From: an uncultured Candidatus Saccharibacteria bacterium | GTDB lineage: Bacteria > Patescibacteriota > Minisyncoccia > UBA9983 | Direction: 5' to 3' | Length of the DNA stretch: 64,000 bases | Assembly: GCA_964438405.1 (NCBI GenBank) | Contig: CAYTKF010000002.1 | Location: forward strand, 12,404-76,403 | The notes under the pieces: model-generated | The model's input: only the letters and a program-made list of their open reading frames with translations | What the model was told of the DNA's origin: nothing | The model's database searches: none | In this document: in pieces, positions 62,597 through 64,000 of the stretch | How positions within the stretch are numbered: the stretch's first letter is position 1 | How the letters are laid out: every line of letters starts with the position of its first letter | Program-made: the position numbers and the translations under genes

Positions 62597-63172
62597 TCAA
62601 ATTTTTTCTTTGAGTTTTTTGGAAAGAATAAAGCGCTGGAATAAAATTATCAATACAAAAAGACCCAGAAGAATAAATTCTGTATATTTTAAATATTTAT
62701 CAACAAGGGAGAAAACGGCTTTTAATCCAAAACCTAAGCCAATAAAAATTGCCATCCAGATAATTAAAACAGGAATAATTTCCTCAATGTATTTTTTTAT
62801 ACCAGTTCCAACCACCCCAGCTCTTACAATTGCCGGTCTATGCGTTCCATAAATAAATTTTGAAATAAGTAAAGTAGTTTTCGGTCGTTTTATAAAATGC
62901 TCGTCAAAATAGCTTGTTTTAGAAATAACCCATTGGCTAATTTTAGAGCTGTGGTTTTTTATCCGGTCTCCGATTTCGTACCAGATTAAATTTTCAGTCA
63001 GTGCGCCAAAAAAGGCGGGAATGATAAGGAGCAGATGCGAGGCTTCGTTTCCCTTTAACAAAAAACCAACCACAAGCAAGGCAATGTTCCCATCTATCAG
63101 CATTCCAATAAAAACAAACAAATAAAGCCAGTCGCCAAATCCATTAAGATAATTAAAAATAAAAGAATCCAT
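62597..63172 (-). CDS. DedA/VTT-domain (SNARE-associated) membrane protein
   Basis: GNIALLVVGFLL...IIPAFFGALTENLIWYEIG...FIYGTHRPAIVRAGV is the DedA pattern. Start trimmed to the internal Met to avoid the tRNA. Confidence 0.65.
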   Translation of the reverse strand: MDSFIFNYLNGFGDWLYLFVFIGMLIDGNIALLVVGFLLKGNEASHLLLIIPAFFGALTENLIWYEIGDRIKNHSSKISQWVISKTSYFDEHFIKRPKTTLLISKFIYGTHRPAIVRAGVVGTGIKKYIEEIIPVLIIWMAIFIGLGFGLKAVFSLVDKYLKYTEFILLGLFVLIILFQRFILSKKLKEKI

Positions 63173-63174
63173 TA

Positions 63175-63245
63175 TGGACCTACGGGGAGTCGGACCCCGG
63201 CCTCCCGGATGCAAACCGGGTGCTCTACCACTAAGCTATAGGCCC
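63175..63245 (-). tRNA. tRNA-Ala(TGC)
   Basis: Reverse complement gives acceptor GGGCCTA/TAGGTCC with the G3:U70 pair, anticodon loop TTTGCAT, T-arm GGGTC... CCGGG-GTCCGACT-CCCCG. Confidence 0.75.
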
Positions 63246-63288
63246 AGTATTTATTGTATTTTAGCAAATTTTTTGCTTTAATCAATCT

Positions 63289-64000
63289 ATGTCATTAAGT
63301 ATCGGTATTGTCGGCCTTCCCAATGTTGGCAAGTCAACGCTGTTTAAGGCCTTAACGAAAAAGCAGGTTGATATTGCCAATTATCCTTTTACCACTATTG
63401 AGCCGAATGTAGCTGTTGTTTCTGTTAAAGATGAAAATTTGGAAAAACTTTCTAAAATTCTATCCCGTGAAGCGGGACTGGAGAAAATTACGCCCGCCTT
63501 TGTTGAATTTATTGATATTGCTGGTTTGGTTAAAGAGGCTCATTTGGGCAAGGGTTTGGGAAATAAATTTTTGGCCAAAATCAGAGAGGCAAGCATTTTG
63601 GTGGAAGTAGTTAGGGTTTTCGAAGATAAAAACGTTGCCCACGTTGAAAATTCAGTTGACCCAGAAAGAGATATCAAAATTATTGAAGAAGAATTAAAAG
63701 AGGCGGGAATAGATAAGCCGATAATTCTCTTTTTCAACACTGATTTAAAAGACGAATTGGAAATAAGTGAATTGAGTGAAGAGGAAAAAAAAGATTTAGG
63801 AATAAAAAGTTCTAATCTACTGGACAATTTAATCAAGAATTGCTACCAAACCTTAGATTTGGTCACTTTTTACACCATCAAGGGCGGAAAAGAAGCAAGG
63901 GCGACAAAAATTAAAAGAGGAGGGAATATTTTGGAAGCGGCTGAAAAAATCCACAGCGATTTCAAAGAAAAATTCATTAAGGCGGAAGTAGTTAATGTCA
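63289..64000 (+). CDS. ychF: Ribosome-binding ATPase YchF (Obg family), 3'-partial
   Basis: SLSIGIVGLPNVGKSTLFKALT (G1), NYPFTTIEPN (G2), DIAGLVKEAH (G3). Runs off the window end. Confidence 0.85.
   Translation, partial: MSLSIGIVGLPNVGKSTLFKALTKKQVDIANYPFTTIEPNVAVVSVKDENLEKLSKILSREAGLEKITPAFVEFIDIAGLVKEAHLGKGLGNKFLAKIREASILVEVVRVFEDKNVAHVENSVDPERDIKIIEEELKEAGIDKPIILFFNTDLKDELEISELSEEEKKDLGIKSSNLLDNLIKNCYQTLDLVTFYTIKGGKEARATKIKRGGNILEAAEKIHSDFKEKFIKAEVVNV

Noticed and set aside
62597-63214. Full-length ORF-track call for the DedA gene (205 aa)
   Set aside because: The first 14 codons overlap tRNA-Ala (63175-63245). The start was moved to the internal Met at 63172.
1-64000. CRISPR arrays, transposases and integrases
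   Set aside because: No regularly spaced repeat-spacer arrays were seen. No DDE or tyrosine-recombinase signatures were recognised in any substantial ORF. Mobile-DNA evidence is limited to the repeats, the excisionase-like HTH and the composition islands.

Overview
This window is an AT-rich, gene-dense bacterial chromosome segment that reads like a Candidate Phyla Radiation (Patescibacteria/Parcubacteria-like) genome. That identification is an inference from gene content and compactness. Both strands carry housekeeping genes: murJ, lepA, valS, tsaC-tsaD, ftsA-ftsZ, ybeY, rpsU, hisS, lepB, pth, rpsA, murB, gyrA, a PolX polymerase, znuBC-like genes and ychF. I also found a type-A RNase P RNA gene and 11 tRNA genes in four clusters. 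A complete group-3b-like [NiFe]-hydrogenase operon (beta/gamma/delta/alpha) sits convergent to hypC. There is a tandem array of four VirB2/TrbC-like pilin paralogs interrupted by a GIY-YIG nuclease gene. Small metal-related and cell-envelope gene sets make up much of the rest. Most interesting is that short GC-rich palindromic or tandem elements are inserted in-frame inside conserved genes, and the same ~45-nt double palindrome sits in opposite orientation inside hydB and hydA. LepA carries a ~150-aa in-frame insertion of a GxxExxY/PD-(D/E)XK-like domain in its G domain. Other items of note are a stand-alone RNA-polymerase alpha-CTD-like protein, a GC-rich ~1-kb cassette bracketed by ~30-nt direct repeats just upstream of rnpB, a GC-rich island next to tRNA-Pro containing an (AG)6 frameshift site, and recurrent AT-rich and GTTCAACATCGGAAGTC-like repeat motifs. 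I saw no CRISPR array and no obvious transposase. All coordinates and calls come from reading the sequence and the ORF track; no database searches were run.
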